NCBI GenBank assembly: GCA_036172245.1
Contig: JAYWIR010000017.1
Coordinates: 496,001 to 560,000 of the forward strand
Source: Raillietiella orientalis
Taxonomy: Eukaryota
Length of the DNA stretch: 64,000 bases
Reading direction: 5' to 3'
Position numbers and translations under genes: made by a program
Shown: one piece after another, positions 13,986 through 29,731 of the stretch
How the letters are laid out: each line of letters starts with the position of its first letter
Position numbering within the stretch: the first letter of the stretch is position 1
The notes under the pieces: generated by a model
Seen by the model: the letters and a program-made list of their open reading frames with translations, nothing else
What the model was told of the DNA's origin: nothing
The model's database searches: none

Positions 13986-16900
13986 TCTCCCCATTTCAGT
14001 AGGAAACTTCCGCCGGAATGGAACGGAGCCCTCAGTTTGAAAAAAAAACTGCTTGAATGGAACGGTGTAATATTATTTGATCCATTCACTGGATCTCCAT
14101 CTGAGTAATTTCTTGCAGATATGCTGGGAAAACGCTTCTTGTTTTCATCTCTATTGTTTACCCAGGACATTAGGATTTGAGATTCATATCTCTGGTTGTC
14201 CGTCTACTTTCTTCGCCACTTTGGAACATCAGAACGTTTCACGGTGGAAGGCAAAGAATCTTTTGCTCGTTTGCTCTGTCAAACTTTCCTCAGATTAGCC
14301 AAACATGGCCAACGCGTTGTTATTCCGTTTCGAAAATGCGCTCTTATAGTGCGTTCACGAGGGAACGTCACAATCTTGCCCACTTGTCTGGGGATTGCTC
14401 TGTTCTCTTTGTGGGAATAGAGGTGAGGCTGCTTTTGCAACTTCAGACCAAGGAAGCCAAACTGGGGAGTTAAGACAGACGTATTCTTGCTTCTTTCGAA
14501 GATGCTGAATAACACAATTCTTGTTTCACAAGTTGTAGTAAAATATCCCTTAGTCGCTATGCAAAGGTTCTCAAGGTGAATATTAAGCTGAATATTTTCC
14601 TGGCTCGTTAACGTCAATTCTAAGATCGAGAGACCTTGGTCTGATCGCGAAGGTACTCAAATGAAAATGGTCTATTGAAAGAAAATGACTGTTGATGGCT
14701 CGCGTTGTTTCCTCACAAGCAGAGACTTTTAATTTGATGTTTTAAATGAAGATCAGATGGCAACTACTTTATTGCTTTCCATAGACAGGGCTTGCATATT
14801 TGCGTCGTTTTTTTAAGGCCGGAAACTGAAAACTATAAGGAACTTAATAGGAATTAGCTGAATAAAAGGTGAGCGATTCCTCCGTGGAGAAACTTCTGGA
14901 CTAGCACCATGGGAGAAGGAAATTCGAGTAGCCCTAAGAAAGACTTTATTATGAGAAAACCAATGGGTTCCAGTAGCTTTTCATTCTTATTTCGAATGGT
15001 CAGCATTGCTCTGTCACATTGGACTTTGTCACCATTCGTGTCTGTGCTTCCTCAACTCTGCGACCATGTTTGCATTTGGATATTCGCTTGCTGTTTAGTA
15101 TTTCTTTTACTTTTCTTGGATCGCTAAGATTTAAGGATTCATCGGTCATCCTCTTGTCAATCTGACAAGTCTGAAGTTCTCCTGACCTTTTTCTTGAATG
15201 CCTTCATGTCTCCCATCTATTATACGAAATTCTCTATTTTCCATAAACTATTAAGTGCTGCAATACGCCTGTCATCTTAAAAGCTAGATAAAAAAAAAGA
15301 TTTCTTTTAAAGAACGTCTATGACTTATTTTACCCAAGACAATTGTTCCTTGTCAGTATCATAACCCATTCAAAAATTATTCCAGCATCTGAAAATATTT
15401 GCACGCTGTTGTTGATGGGTAGGCATTCTTTTGTGAAATGAATTCTTAACTGGAAGTATTCCATTCACCAATTAGATGCCATCATTGTCAATGATTTGTT
15501 TCTTTTTTTTTTTTTTTCCAGCATGGAAAAAAAAAAAATTGCATTTTTTTTTACAACAGTCTTGCAGTTGAGATCTTTGAATGATGAAGAAATAATGAGA
15601 AGCCAAGGATGCATTCTCAAAGATTCTCGCTTTTATTCACGATGAGCATAAAGAAATTTGTATTTATCACTCTTCCAGTCATGTAAGTTTTTCCTTTATG
15701 TCAGCTTTCAAACTTTTATGCAGCTTCGATTAAGAACTCTTGTTCCACAAGAAAGATACGACAGCAAAGTGGATCTGCCCCATATGATACCAGTAAAGAA
15801 GTCCATTTATCTTTTGCTTGTTCAAAAGAAATAATAAAATGACTCTTTTTTTCATCAATTTCCCAAATATCCATGGCATGAACTATCGACTACTTTCAGT
15901 TTTTGTTTGTTGACGTTTATTGGCTACGGACATAAATTTACTCTTTCTTAAATGCTGTTACAAGCCATGACCGTGAAGATTTCAAACTGCGGCTGATACA
16001 TCACTGAATCCGTCATCTCATGTTCTTCTAATTCTTACTTATTATTTGCATCTTATGCATTCATCATCTAATTTAGGATGTTGCTTTTATTTCAAATGGA
16101 ATCTGCGAAACCCACTGCATTTGAATCGTATGCTTTCCATGGTTTGATCTCCTTTTCTGAAGAAGCTCTCATGTTTCATATCATTGGCTGACCACTGCTT
16201 TCAGTGAAATTCCTTATGCCATTAAGGAAACTATTTAATCTGAAGCCAGGTTAGAGAGAATTCGCATCTCTTTAGGATCACACTGTCCCATTGGAATAGC
16301 GAGAGAAGAGGTGAAAAAATGCATTTATTGAGTTGTTGCCTTTGATTTCGACATTAGAGTACTGCAATGTTTTCCGCTTCTTGACATCATGAGCCGCATG
16401 TATCTGCTTCCTGTAACAAAGTTGCTGCGACTGGATTTCTGAATACTTCTCGTGTGTTTCGCACACTGCTCATGTCCAATTCGCTCGTAGTGGACCAGTA
16501 CAAGTCCGAATACCTCCGCCTATTCCGACTCTTCTATCTCCAAAGTAAGTGAACTATTTCTTCCAATCTATCCGTTAGAGACTCTCATCTTTGGCAGACG
16601 TGAAGCAGGGAAGCTCCAGAAAGGCCCGCGGTCACTCGAAATGAGCCCACATGTGCTACTCCATCCGCCGCATTGCTTCACTGCATCTTAGTCGTTCCTT
16701 GATCGTGAATGAATTCGTACACGATCAGTAGAAGATGTACATGGAAAGAGCTCGCGATCGTTGCTGAGACTTTGCATTCCTCAATCTGATTTCAAATCTC
16801 GATGAATTCACGAGTGATCCATAGGTGGACCTCAGTTCCCGTTACCGAACCGTGTTCTGTTGGTTTCTTCTTGTGAAATCCGGTTGATGCAAACTCCGGT

Positions 16901-19900
16901 ACTGCATATAGAAAGTACAGCTTCTACCTTCTCTTTCCATTCATGAGTCTTGACATGCCCACAGTTTCCATCGTCACCGAAGGAGAAAATTTCAAGATCT
17001 CACTTTAAGACCTTCTCCTCACTTGTACTCTTTCATCTCGATGCACTCCAAACTTATGCACAGGCACAGTATTCCAGAAATGCACTATTTGCTGTGGATT
17101 TCGTCTTGGCATTATTGCACGTTTCAATTGACAGCATCTAAAAGGAAAAAGAAAAGGTAAAAAATGGCAGGAGTTACTATCTGAAGGCAGCTTCGCCAGT
17201 TTCAGAGCTACGATTGCGTCCTCAAACGCCGAACCATTTACGTCACGCAGCCGGATTTAATACCTGCAACGTTGCATTTTGCTGGTTCGTGCCCTCTTTG
17301 CAAGTCAGATATTCGAAAACTACTTTAAAAGAACTGAACGCCAAGACCCATTTCATCTGAATTAATTGTTTCAGGTGATCACCACTCGAGTTGGTGAGAA
17401 AAAAAATAAAAATAAAAAAAAAAAAACCGAACGGGACACGTTCTTTCTGCGCATTTCTTTCAGGTGAACCTCGCTTGCTTCTTGCAGCCGAGGAGCACGC
17501 CTTGCACGCGACACGAAGAAGAACTTGTGTGTGGTCCGTGGAATGAACTCGCATCCTACGGAAATCCGCATGCGAGTTTTCTCGAGTACTGGTTTCCGGA
17601 GGCGTGTTTTCTGTTCTTCTAAAGAATTCGGTTTCTGCAACTCACCCTAAGGCCGAGTGCAAACGAAACTTTCTAATTATTCAGCAGTAAAAATCTTCGA
17701 CCTTCCTGAGAAGTTCGAGTGCACTTGAAGCTATGGATCACCGAGTCATTTCCCCAGGTATGCTCTACTTGGTTGCGCAGATCTCACTGATTCTAAACTC
17801 ATCTGCTACTTAGGCCTATTTCGCTCCTTGGAGACGAATGCTCTTTTTCCCGGATGAAATTCGGATCTCCAGTATTCTCACGATGACACTGCGGAACTCG
17901 CCAACGATTCAGGTGCACGCATTGGAAGCTGGGCACGGCGGGAGTTTAGCAACAAAGGGCTCCCTGAGACATCAAGATCTCGCCTGCAACGGCAGAGCTA
18001 TTCTAGAGCAGAGCTGGACAGACAAAAAGGAAATTCCGAAGCCGCCTTATCGATCCCCACTCTCAGAATGCAACCATAAGGCAGATCGCTTCGCGTCACA
18101 CGTATCGTGATGTCAGATGCCACATCTGCTCTTACGCACCTCGAACAAACGCAAACGTCTCCTTCTCAAGCTGGTGGGGAATCCTGTTCCGGAAAAGGAA
18201 AAAAAAAGAAAAAACGGATTGTAACGCTGTCGAGGCGGCTGACACACATTCCGAACACAACCCCATCTAATTTGATCTTTTGTTCAGTGAAGCTCCTTAT
18301 TAAATAGGTGTCACCGGTCGCGCTAAGCTGTGTAATTTCCACAGCTAAATGACACGTCAATTTCCTCGTGTGCTTGCCTCGGAGCGAAGGCAAACTAGCG
18401 GTAGCAAGCCATGAGTTCCGAAATATTTATCCAAGTATTCTGCCACATTCTTTGAAAAGGGATCACTATTTTAACAGAGGGCTCTTGAGATGATATTCCT
18501 CTCTTCCTAAGCAGTAACCATGGCTTCGAAGTGCGAGATTTTCTCCATTGTTTGCTTATCCGAGAATAATGAAAACACTTGCGAGAGATATCTGAGTGGC
18601 CAACAGAAAGGAAAATCCGTGCCGTTCTGAACCAGACAAATGAAGTCCACTTGAGACTTTTGTTTGGCGAGGAGAAAATGCTGCTCTAAATTTCGGATAC
18701 TCTTAATACCTACTCTCTATAGCTTTTGATGGAAAGCTTCGCAACAAAGAATCCAACTGCTAAGAGACAGCGGCGCAGAGGTTGTTTGCGTGTGTGTTTT
18801 TGGTGAGATCTGTTCCTTACGAGCATCTTACTAGCGAGTAATCCGCTGCGGAATATGCATATTTCCACTTGGTGACGTCTTTGAGAAGTTATTCCTGCAT
18901 ACCCTGCCACGAGATGCTTGGCATACCAAACGATCTCCGTCCGAAATTACATTCGCAGTCCGCGAAAGTGGAAACCAGAAAGTAAGAAGAACTCAAAGTG
19001 TCCATTTTCTGAGAAACCCAGAAGACCTGAAAAAACCCCTGAGGGAGTGTATGCAACATTACAAGGAACAAGGAAGAACGACAGGACAGTAACGATGAAC
19101 AGGGTTTCTAGGACGCGTCTTCAATGCGTGGTACCGAAAGACCAAAGATCGATTTCTTCCTAAGAACGGAGACTTGAAGGACTGAATCTTTCGAGTCGCC
19201 AAAGCCCCTACGAGAACCAAATGAAAAAACGTAGGCGCCGTAAGTAAGAGGAAAAGGATTCAGCAAGACCAGTTTGGAGGGTGCTGCGCCTTCTCAGAAC
19301 GGGGGAAAGACCGTCAGCACATTTCGGTCAGGATTTCCATAAGTAATCTGATCCTATGATGCCCAGTGACATCGATTTTTCTCTCGCTTATGAGCTGCAA
19401 AATCAACCATTGTGAATGAATCAGCAACTCCCTCTTTGTGTCAAAACTCCGTTTCTGCGCGCGTTTGCACTTTTTTTGTTCCTCGTTTGCCACGTGTCCA
19501 CGGAATATCAGAAAACGTTGAAGGAGATTGGGTGCAGGAGATTTTTAGTAGCTTCATTGCTTTGATCCTATACCCGCTCTTCTGATTATAAATCTCAAGT
19601 AGGAAAAGAGAAAGCCCCATAGGTTCAAAATGTTCGCGTCTTCGTGTGTCTTGTGTTCTCGAAAAAAAGCAAAACGCAAGACCCCAAAGGGCACAATGAA
19701 TGGAACTGCACAACGATAGGGTCAGAAGGCGATGGATGCCGGGGGATTCGAGGTTGGAGGATCGAGCGTCCTACAGTGGTTGCCAACTTTCAGATCCTTT
19801 AGGATGCAGTTGCTCTAACGAAACTGCTCACAGCACCGTGAACTTTTCACGCGTATGGCTTTCTCTTGAATCGAAAAAAAAAAACACGTGGTGTACCTCG

Positions 19901-22900
19901 CACTCCATGATCGTGAATCACACGGAGCTAAAGATAGTCAGTGTCCGTGATAAGAAGGAAGCGAAAGGCAAATTCGGTAGAATGGTCTCAGCATTACTGG
20001 GAAATCGAGAATTCCAGAAAACCCCACAAGAGCACCGAACTTTGTTTTTCTCCTCTCAGAAATGATAAAAATGATCTCAGTTTTCAACATCCGTCCGAAG
20101 AAAAAGTCTCCTGAAAGACTGAAGGCAGAGCTAGCTTTCCTTTTCGATTTTTGTTCACGCCAAGTCACTGATAAGATGAGGTTCAACTCTCAAGCTGACC
20201 TCTGCTTCTCTTCGCTGTCAGGTCTAAACCAATACATTAAATGCTTGCTTTCGTGGAGCACCTGAAGTAAAGTGCACTGTCTGTTTACAAAAAGAAGAGA
20301 AGTGATGAACAAATACAGATCATACAGCGTTCTCTCACCAGAGGAAAGCGGAGGAGACAGCATGTGTTCCTCTTAAGAATCTGGAGATGCACCTTCTCAG
20401 AGAGCATTTGGCCCCTCATCCTACAGCAGTTTAAACATGAGACCTCTAGGTGAAAAGAGACATGCGGCCTTCTAGGTGCTCATGCGTGAGGACTTAAGAA
20501 ACCATTCTTTTTTCAGAGATCGCTTCTGACATTCATTAAGACCATCTGAAACATCATGAAGCTCCTTCAAAAGCTCACTCTTCGAGTTTCTTCTATACTG
20601 AGGCTAGATTTCTTTTTGTTATTGTTTGCTGACTATGAAGCGGTGAACTCTTTGTGCAGTGAATTCATTTTGAACCGAGATCAGAGAAAACGATCTATAC
20701 TGACACAGAGAGCTAAAGATGACCGGAACCCGTGAGGTCTTCTCATTCCATTTTTCGAAATGAAGCGTTTCGTTTTTTCCAAGCTCACACTGCACTGACT
20801 TGCTTAGGGAGAAATCGTTTCCTAATGCGACAGCATTCAACAGCGGGAAAAAAAAACAAAAAAAAACAAGAATGGAATGAAAGATACTTGAAGTTTTTCT
20901 TCAATCCAAGCTCTTTCCCTGCTTTCCTGAACTGTAATCCCATATGCGATCGATTTCACAAATAACAGCTCTTTATAAGAGTACATCGAACAGGACAGTT
21001 GTGATTCTACTCGTTTCTTCTCCCACTGTCGAGTCAGAAACCAGGCCAGGAAGCTGTGAGGTTTCTCAAAAGGCATTCCTCTTTCGAGCAGAAGCATCTT
21101 TCCTAGTTGAGAATGTAAAGCGTTCTTGGCATACAGGAAAGAAAGATCGCAGGATTCGAAATAGCTGGATGGATAGAGTCAGAAGCCAGAGACGAAAATG
21201 AAGATGAAGAGGACACCTAACATGTTCGTGTGTGCAGTTTTAAGAAATTATGAAAATTAAAACTTAGAGGCCATGCGTGAGAATTCCTCCTTCTAGTGTC
21301 CTTCATTTTCAAAATTCGCTCTTTCTTCTGATCGCTTTACATCAGTTTTTTCTCAAGATTTTGAGCCTCTTCCTTTCATCATCAATGACTTCAGTCCCAT
21401 TTGTCTTCGTCATCTAGTACCCGTCCCTATCCTCCAATCCTTTCTAAATTATTAATATTTTTTCCCATCTTATTGGCTACATCGAAACTGCATTTCACCT
21501 TGGTTACTGGAAGTCTTTCTATCTTGCTTATTCTATTCAAGGAGATTATGCATCAGCTGGAGCACCATAAATGTATATTTTCTTCAAAAACCCCCTTTTC
21601 AGGATGGAGAAGAAACGTTCGTTCGTTCGCTTCAAGTGGAAGCGAAAAACACGCTTTTGCAGGTGGAGAAAAAATTAAGGGAAAGAAATTCGTTCTGCCT
21701 CTGAAATCGGTTTGGTTTGTATCATGGAAAAGTCCATCGCCATCATTTGGAAATTCTTTCGGGAGATAAAAACTCTTCCTTGTTGAATTTGATCCTATTT
21801 TTCATGGAGATTCAGTAGCAAGAAGGAGATCCACAGGGAAAAAATCTGATGGAAATCCCAAATGGAATTTTTTCAAGCATTTGCATTTGTTTTCCATCCA
21901 CTTCTGCAGGATAAAAGCGCTTTGTTTCTCTGACATGGTCCCATGAGGCCCGATCTTTGAAATTATGATCGGAAATTAATTTGTGATATCAGCCATTTTT
22001 CTCGTGGGTGACAACTTGGAGATTATCGGTAATTCTGAAACTTTCGCGGAGGGCACAAAGAACTTTTAGCACTTGATTCTATTACCGAGATGAAACATGG
22101 AGGCTGGCATCAGTTTACAAAGAGAGATTGTTTCTGTTTCCGGTATGCGTATTGAACATCAAGTCTTTGTATACAAAGGAGAATCAATATAAGGACAACA
22201 TCCGATCAATATTCGTAAAAAAAAAAAAAAATCGAAAACATCACGGAATAAGGAATGTACCAGCATTTTAGGGTTTGATTTTTTATCTATGTGCCCTGAG
22301 ATGCAAAGTGAACTGTCAATTGGGTAACTCCTTGTGGAAGCGTCCATCTGGATACACGCAATGTCGTCACGGTTGCATCCTATTTTTATTGAACTGAGAA
22401 AGCGAGGTAAGATCACAGGTTTTAGTTTTTTTGCCGCATGGTCCACAGAGCGAGTGTTTGATGCTGTGTTGAAAAACAGTGGACAGGTTTTGAAAGAATC
22501 TTTTGAAAAAGAATCCCGCAACTCCATGGGAATTTTTGATGTAACAGCATAACAAAGATGTCATCTGTATCACCCATCAAATCTTTGGATAACCAGCATA
22601 AAAGCCAGGTTTGATTTCGATGTATTGCAGCATATGACAAGGCTTTCCGGCTGTCAATTGGCGGTAAAAGTGATTCCAGACTGACTATTAAACTGTCACG
22701 AAGAGGTGCAGGAGGAATCTCTGCATGACTCATCATGTCGTGAGCAAGGCTAATGATTTTGTCTGCATCTCACCGGCATCCGAATCTTTAGAAGAAATAT
22801 GCTCCGTCACATTATTGTTTCCTTTGACCTTCATCCAGCGTAATTTTCTTGGAGATCGAATCGACAAGCAAATAAGTGTTGAGAAGAAATAAGAAAATAG

Positions 22901-25900
22901 CTAAGGAAATGAAAAAAAAAAAAAAATGATTAGGAGAAATAAAATGATTGAAGGCACAAAAATCCATCACGTCACTCCAATTGATTGATCTTCGAGTTGA
23001 AGTTTTGATACATTAGAAAACTTTCGGCCAGAGTTCAACAAACAGGACTTTTCCAGAAGAGACGAGGGAACATAATTCGATCTTCTACAAGTTACCTTCG
23101 GGGCTCTCACATATTTGTCATCGCACGCATTCGTCTTGGAGCAAACCTTGACAATTTTCCTTTGCTTTCGGAGTGGTGCACGGTTGCAAGATATGTTTCA
23201 AGATCCAGCAGCAGCAACAGAGACGAAAAATAAAAACAACCACAACGGAATTTATTCCCTAAGCAAAAAATCAAAACCGTTTACTGCTTCAGTAGGCACA
23301 GAGTGAAGTGTGCATTTGCCATGGATCGTGGCAAGAAAACGACTCCTGATCAGTACATACTTGATGTGCACAAGGTTTGTACTGAATTCACTTCAAACGA
23401 GTACAACGAAAAAAAAACATGCACAACTAATTCCAATTCTATTTAGCTGATTTCTAATTTTCGTTTGCAGTGCTGAGTTTGGAACATTTTAAAAAGATGG
23501 CAAACGGTCGCTCAAGAAATTTTGATATTAATAAAGTAGGTGCTGAATGTTAATTTTCGACACATTATAGTCACAGGAAATTATAGATTATCGGTCATAA
23601 ATTATTGTGTTATGATTATGGAACAAGTACTATTATTTGTAAGCACCTTACCCGGTTGTGAAAACAAGAGATGCACTGTCGAATGAAGCTAAAATTTTGC
23701 TATAAAGCCGTGATTATTCTTTTCATACAAATACTTCGTTCTATGTGAAAAATACCAACAGCCCTAAAAACAAGGAGAAACGGACTAAGAAGAAATGGCG
23801 ATCAGAACGAAAATGAAAATAAAACTGCTGTGTATAGACAGATGGAATGTAGCTGATGAAATTAAAAATGGCGAAAATGCCATTCTCATTCCCATGATCA
23901 AATTTCAAAGAGCCCTGAAATTCCTTTGAAGAGATAAATAAACAGTCGATACAATGAGTGGGATGAGCACATAGTACCTGACACAATTATACAATCAGCT
24001 ATCATCTGAATAATCGTACTGAAGCATCCGTATTTCGAGTTGTATTTCTTGCAGCACTGTGTATGAAGCCAGTAAATGAATTTGATTTTAATTGTGTACT
24101 TAGTCAGCAAATAATTTAATTTAATTTTCCTTGTATTCGAAAAACATGGAAAATTAAATGTAAATACAAGGTCAGTTTCCGATTATTAGGAAAATTCGGA
24201 GATTCTTGGGAGGTTATTAGAAATGGACCGGGCTCTAATGATGTTTGAGAAAACAGGCAAAATCAGCAATCCATCTTGGATTCATTCCTTTTGTGGATGC
24301 ACGGAAGAGAAAGCTCAAACATGTGAATGCAAACTGAAATCGGATATCGTGGTAAAGGAATGTATGTGTGGAGTTGTGCAAAGGAAACTTTCCTTTGATA
24401 TTAGTCATCACTCACTCTATGGGAATACTACCCATCAAAGAACTGTATAGAAAACTATTCAATCCAGAATTGCAATACACTTGTTCCCCCCGTCGTCGTA
24501 TCTTGCAGAATATCATTAGAAAACGATGAGCATGTTGTTTTATTACGCTAAAGCACCACAATTAATCTGCATTTTAAAGTAATTCGGAACAACGAGTTGT
24601 GATCTTTTTTCAATACTTGGTCCTCACTAGTGTGGTCCTCATTCAACTTCTAACCAACTGCACTGCAAAGCAGCTACAATATCCCATTCTCACTATCGAC
24701 GTAAATGGACTCAAGAGTCATTCGTTCTTCATAACTGCCATCATTAAAGCGTCCTCTATTCGAAAAGGAAAAAAAAAAACGATCGAAACCTTCACGACTC
24801 ATAAGAGAGAGAAACAAGAAGAAAACCGATGCTTGAAAACACCGAATCGAAGGAAAGCGCGGAGTTCTATAGGCTTGCGGTGCTACTTCGCCAAATATGA
24901 GAATTATTCGCAGAAATAGGAAATCCTCATTTATCGCTTAATATGAGGACGGATTAATAATTACTGTTAAGCGAAACACAACTGAATTTGAAATTATATT
25001 CTATGATATGAAAAATCAGTCGTTCATCCACAATGCATCAGTACATGTACTATGAAGAAGGATGTATAGGTTTGGTCTTGTAAGTCTTGCATACATAGAA
25101 AATCGAAACCTGGTAAATCTAATCTAATCTAATCTATTTTTTTGGAACTGTAGATGTGTGGAATGAAGAACAATTTCTACTTTCAAAATGCAGTCAGCTT
25201 CAGAAACATGAAGCAACCGGATTTGCTTCGATTCAAATTATCACCCCGTTGCTTCTATGACAACATCCCCTTTTTCGGATCCATTTTTCTTTACTTTGGT
25301 TGTCTAAGTTAAAGGAGAAGTCTGGGAACAGATGATGGGATGGAATTCCCTGAGAGTTCGGATGGTTTGTTTTTTTCTCTACTTCTGCTATTTTTTTCTT
25401 TCTGCATAATCACTCGAAATCATACAAGCTTTGGAACAATTGAGCTCCGTATCTAACACTTTCAGGGATATATTTAAAAAAAAAAAAAAAAAAAAAATCC
25501 AAAAATGTGAGCTGATGGTTGATCAGAATCTTGCACTTGTTCATTCAAGAGCATCAAGTTCTGGTTCACATCTTGTGGAAAACCAAGGCTTTATGTGACC
25601 GTGAATTCTTATTTGTTATCTAATTTTTCCGCTGCTTGCGAACCTCAAACTGGTAACACTGAACTCATACTTGAAAAGGTTAGGAAGACCGAGGTGTTCT
25701 CATGGTTGCCTTCATCCGTGTTTCCATCGCACTGAATTGCTTTCAAAATTTCACAACTAGCTGCATTCCGCAGACACTCATTAAGAAGAGTATGCATATG
25801 AACCACGTGTTAGACATAGTCAAGGATCGCGATAGCTTGTATTAATTGAAAAGGAAGACATACTGTAAAAACTGTTCCTTTTTATTTTTTTTCGCGAAAC

Positions 25901-27423
25901 AGTTTACATTTACCCAATTACATATGACATATTCTTAAATTGCTTACGTAGAAGCAACACCATACTGATTTGAACCGAATGTATCCGTCTACTGTTTCTA
26001 ACAAGGTTAATTAATGAATTACTGTTATTCACTCATTGCTCGATTTGGCTCTTTGCGCAGGATAAAAAGCCTGGAATTTCATTGGATTTTCTTTCATGTG
26101 TCAAAAGTGAACGTTTTGAAAGTTTCTTTCATTAAAACTGGCACACAGTCTGAGTACAAGAATGTCTCCTGATGTGAGTGCACTCTTCATTTTCGATGCA
26201 CTCATCGAAGGATCCTTCATCGCATTGCAGTTCCAAAAGATTTTGCAGACTAAAATGATTTCTGTCACGAACATGCAAATGATCAGAAGTGGCCTTTCTG
26301 GGTACTCAAACACTTTGGCAGACAAACAGAACAGGAGCAAAGCTTTGAAAATACTCTCGAGATATAGCAAAGAAGGCATGGCTTTCATGTAGCATCGAAG
26401 AACTTTCCATTTTGTAGTTTTCAAGGAGAAATAATGGTGGTTATCGTCTCAATTGCACACACAAATAGTTCATAAGGCAAAAAACAAAAACCAGAAAAAA
26501 AACACTTTTAGTGTTCCTCATGATAGGCAAACTGTGAACTTCTCATCTCGTGGCTAGTAATTTGTCATCGTCGGTTTATACTTGTAAGTCCGCATAATTT
26601 GTCGATTTCTACAAGCTGCAAATGTATATTTTTTTTTAAAAAAAAAACGGTTAATGATGATTTCAGAAAATCATTTTATTCTTAATAAATTGTTAATCTT
26701 CGTGTGTAAATTTTAAACGAGTAACGTAGAAAAGGTTACTACTTTCAGTAATAAACCTTTCCCGTTGTTCCAGAGAATCACCACAATATCAGACCGGATT
26801 TCCCTGTAAATCAAAACAGAACTTTCTATACCTGTTTAGAGAGTCATTTCTCGGTTTAGCAAACTGTTCATGAAATGCTCGTGTCTCCACAAAACAAACG
26901 CTAAGGCAGGCAAGGAAGTTTGACAGATTTGACAAAAACGTTGTCTTATAAGGAGACACTTTATGAACAAAACCATGCATTTCGAAGGCTAAACAAAAAC
27001 TATCGATTCAGAGAGAAACAGGTGTTTTGAGCTCTTTAATCCCTGAATTAGCTGTTGAGTTTTCATTAGTGGAAAGAACGTGTACCATGCAATCGAAAAT
27101 CACAGTTCTTTCTGGAGTTCCATGCACCGCATCCGTTTATGACCAATTCATCAAGCTTTAATCACAACCTTTTTTAATTCATTTCAGTTTTTCAGCTCAA
27201 AAACAGACTGTGGTATTGTGAATTCTTGGTCTTGACCGGCTATATAATAAAAGAGTAAAACCTCTCGCTCTATTGATTTTCGGATTGATGAAGGAGCTCC
27301 TATTGCCACCTAGGGATATCAGTTTTAAAAGGCTAATTAGTTGGTTGTTAGATAACAGTTCAAGCAGCACTACCCCTACTAAGATGCAAAAAATGAAAGA
27401 GTGGATCAGTCATATCACAAAGA

Positions 27424-27429
27424 TTTATT
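27424..27429 (-). terminator. Candidate polyadenylation signal (AATAAA) closing a long minus-strand 3' UTR
   Basis: Plus-strand tttatt at the left edge of the AT-rich, CpG-poor block. A T-rich element (tctttcatttttt) follows on the minus strand. Confidence 0.35.
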
Positions 27430-29731
27430 GAAGCACTCACTGTGTTCACATTTGTAATAACTTCAGTTCTTCATCACTTCCCATATAACATAAAAAACAT
27501 GAGTTTTTTATGCTGGTCGTAAAACCAAGATCAAATCGTAAAGACTTTGTAGATAAAGTTTCAATAATTGTATAAATATGTATAAGGATGACCAAACTAG
27601 TTTTTAATGATAAATGGAATTCTGGATGGATTTTCTACTTGGTAAATCAATGGAATTTGTGTGTTACAAGGATACCGAGCTCAGCAAAATTATTGTAATC
27701 AATAAAGTTGTTGTTTCAGTGTTCATGTTGTAATTAAATAGTGTACATTATTACTGTGACACAAGATGCATGTTTAACACACAGAACAACTCCAATAGTA
27801 ATAGTGTACAATTTTTGATTGAAACAGGAACACAAACAATTTCTTCATTGATTACAATAATTTTGCTAGGCTGCACATCCATATATCAACATTTGCATTC
27901 AATCTAAATGTGATCAGTTATCTTAATCCAAAACAGAGAACAATGCTTAACAAATATACCTAAACCCAAATGGGGAACCCTACACTCACAGCCAGCCAGC
28001 AATTTCATACAAAAATTCTCTAGTTCTCAATACTATGTTAACTTCCTCAACATAATCATTGAAATGATGAATTCTTGAGAATTTTCGAATTTCCACCTAT
28101 AATAAATAAGTAAAAATATCCTAATTTGCACATAATAGATGTGACATTCAATGTACAACCTCCAAGTATCATACTTAGGCATCTTTAAAGAATTTAAGTT
28201 GGTACAGAACACAGGAACATACACAATGAAGAAATAATTAACTTACCTAACAAATAATTAATATACATCCGTCATTCAAGGGAATTCGGGAAAAATAGGA
28301 AGTAAACATAAAATATTAAGCAAATGTATTCTAATACATTAGAAGGAATAAGGTAAGCATAACTTATTGATGCCCATGTGTACACCAACAGTCCAAGAGT
28401 CCTACAAATTATGATCAGACATAAATAATCAGATTATTTGCTTGAATTAGAAATTCTTATATGGTGAAGAAACATAAATGACATATATAGATCAATACCT
28501 GTTATAATACAACAAACAATGTATTCAATAATATGCAATAAGTAATCTAAATCTACAGTGAACAAAGCGCTTACCACTTTGATGTAAACAAAAATAACTG
28601 ATTACAATATTTCAACCAAGCAGTGAAAAAATATGGATTACCAAGGCAATCAAAATTACAAACTTCAAAATCCATTCACCTATTATTGCATATGTTTCAT
28701 AAAAGAAATTTTCTCCTTTAGTGTACTCAAAATTCACAAATATTCCAAAATTTGAGTAGTTTTCAACAGTTCGTAGGTCCTTTCAATTAACTTACAAATA
28801 AACCACACTGATACTGCAAACATTGGTTACTGCAAAATTTCATATAATACATTTCAACATCCCCAATACAAACTGCTGCTTTGCAACAACCCTATTTTGC
28901 ACAAAAAGCAGTTAATGAAAAATGAATTTTCAATGCAGTCTACCTAAATATACACATATACTTTAATCATAAAACAGTGATCACTGATTTTATTTTTACA
29001 AGGTATTCCAACTTAATAGAAAAATGAACTCTGTCTGTGCCAATCTTATAAGTTACTCTTGAACAAGACATACATCAGAGTAGGAAGATCTTATGTACAT
29101 TAAGAATAATTTGTCCTTCAAGAAAAGTTGGATACTTTAAGGACATGAAACATGGCATAAAAAAACATAAAAATGTCTTACATTCTACATCCCAACTCTA
29201 AAGTTTGTTAACTGAAAAAAAAAAAACACATGCACATTTTATACATGTACACATTTTTAATGCAAAAAGCAGTTGTTCCCTATTTATTTTTTGCAGCATA
29301 CATAAAACTGTTATTATTCTGGAAATATTTTACAGATTTCTAAAACTGCAATTATTTAATAAACAATGAAAAGTAGACTGGATCTTCTACAATTCAATAG
29401 CAGACAAATAAATGAACCAACAGACTCTTGTGTTCATGTCTACATCTATATGTTCTATCTGCAAATTCACCCTTTCAAAGAAATTTTTTCCATGTCGAAT
29501 CTACGATCTAAACATACTTTCCAAGTACCTTTACGATCTAACATCTCTTTATACTGTTGTGAAATACTTTCCTTCAGTTTCTGTATGTCATATCTGCATA
29601 TGACTTTTTCTTAGAGAACCTTCTGACTTTTATGATTCAGCAGATTCCCAAAATGATGCTACATTTGATAAATTCACGCTTATTTTTTCTCTCTTACTAA
29701 AAATCCTGCCATAATCAATGTTGCCTACGTT

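Noticed and set aside
16787..16807. IHRDLKS kinase catalytic-loop-like string on the minus strand within a decayed exon-like tract (16300-17137)
   Set aside because: It is flanked by stop codons with no DFG, APE or Gly-rich loop in register. The tract may be a pseudogene but cannot be assigned.
18700..19300. Possible BEL/Pao gag-protease remnant
   Set aside because: Only vague Cys/His and DxxSQRS-like echoes; too degraded to support.
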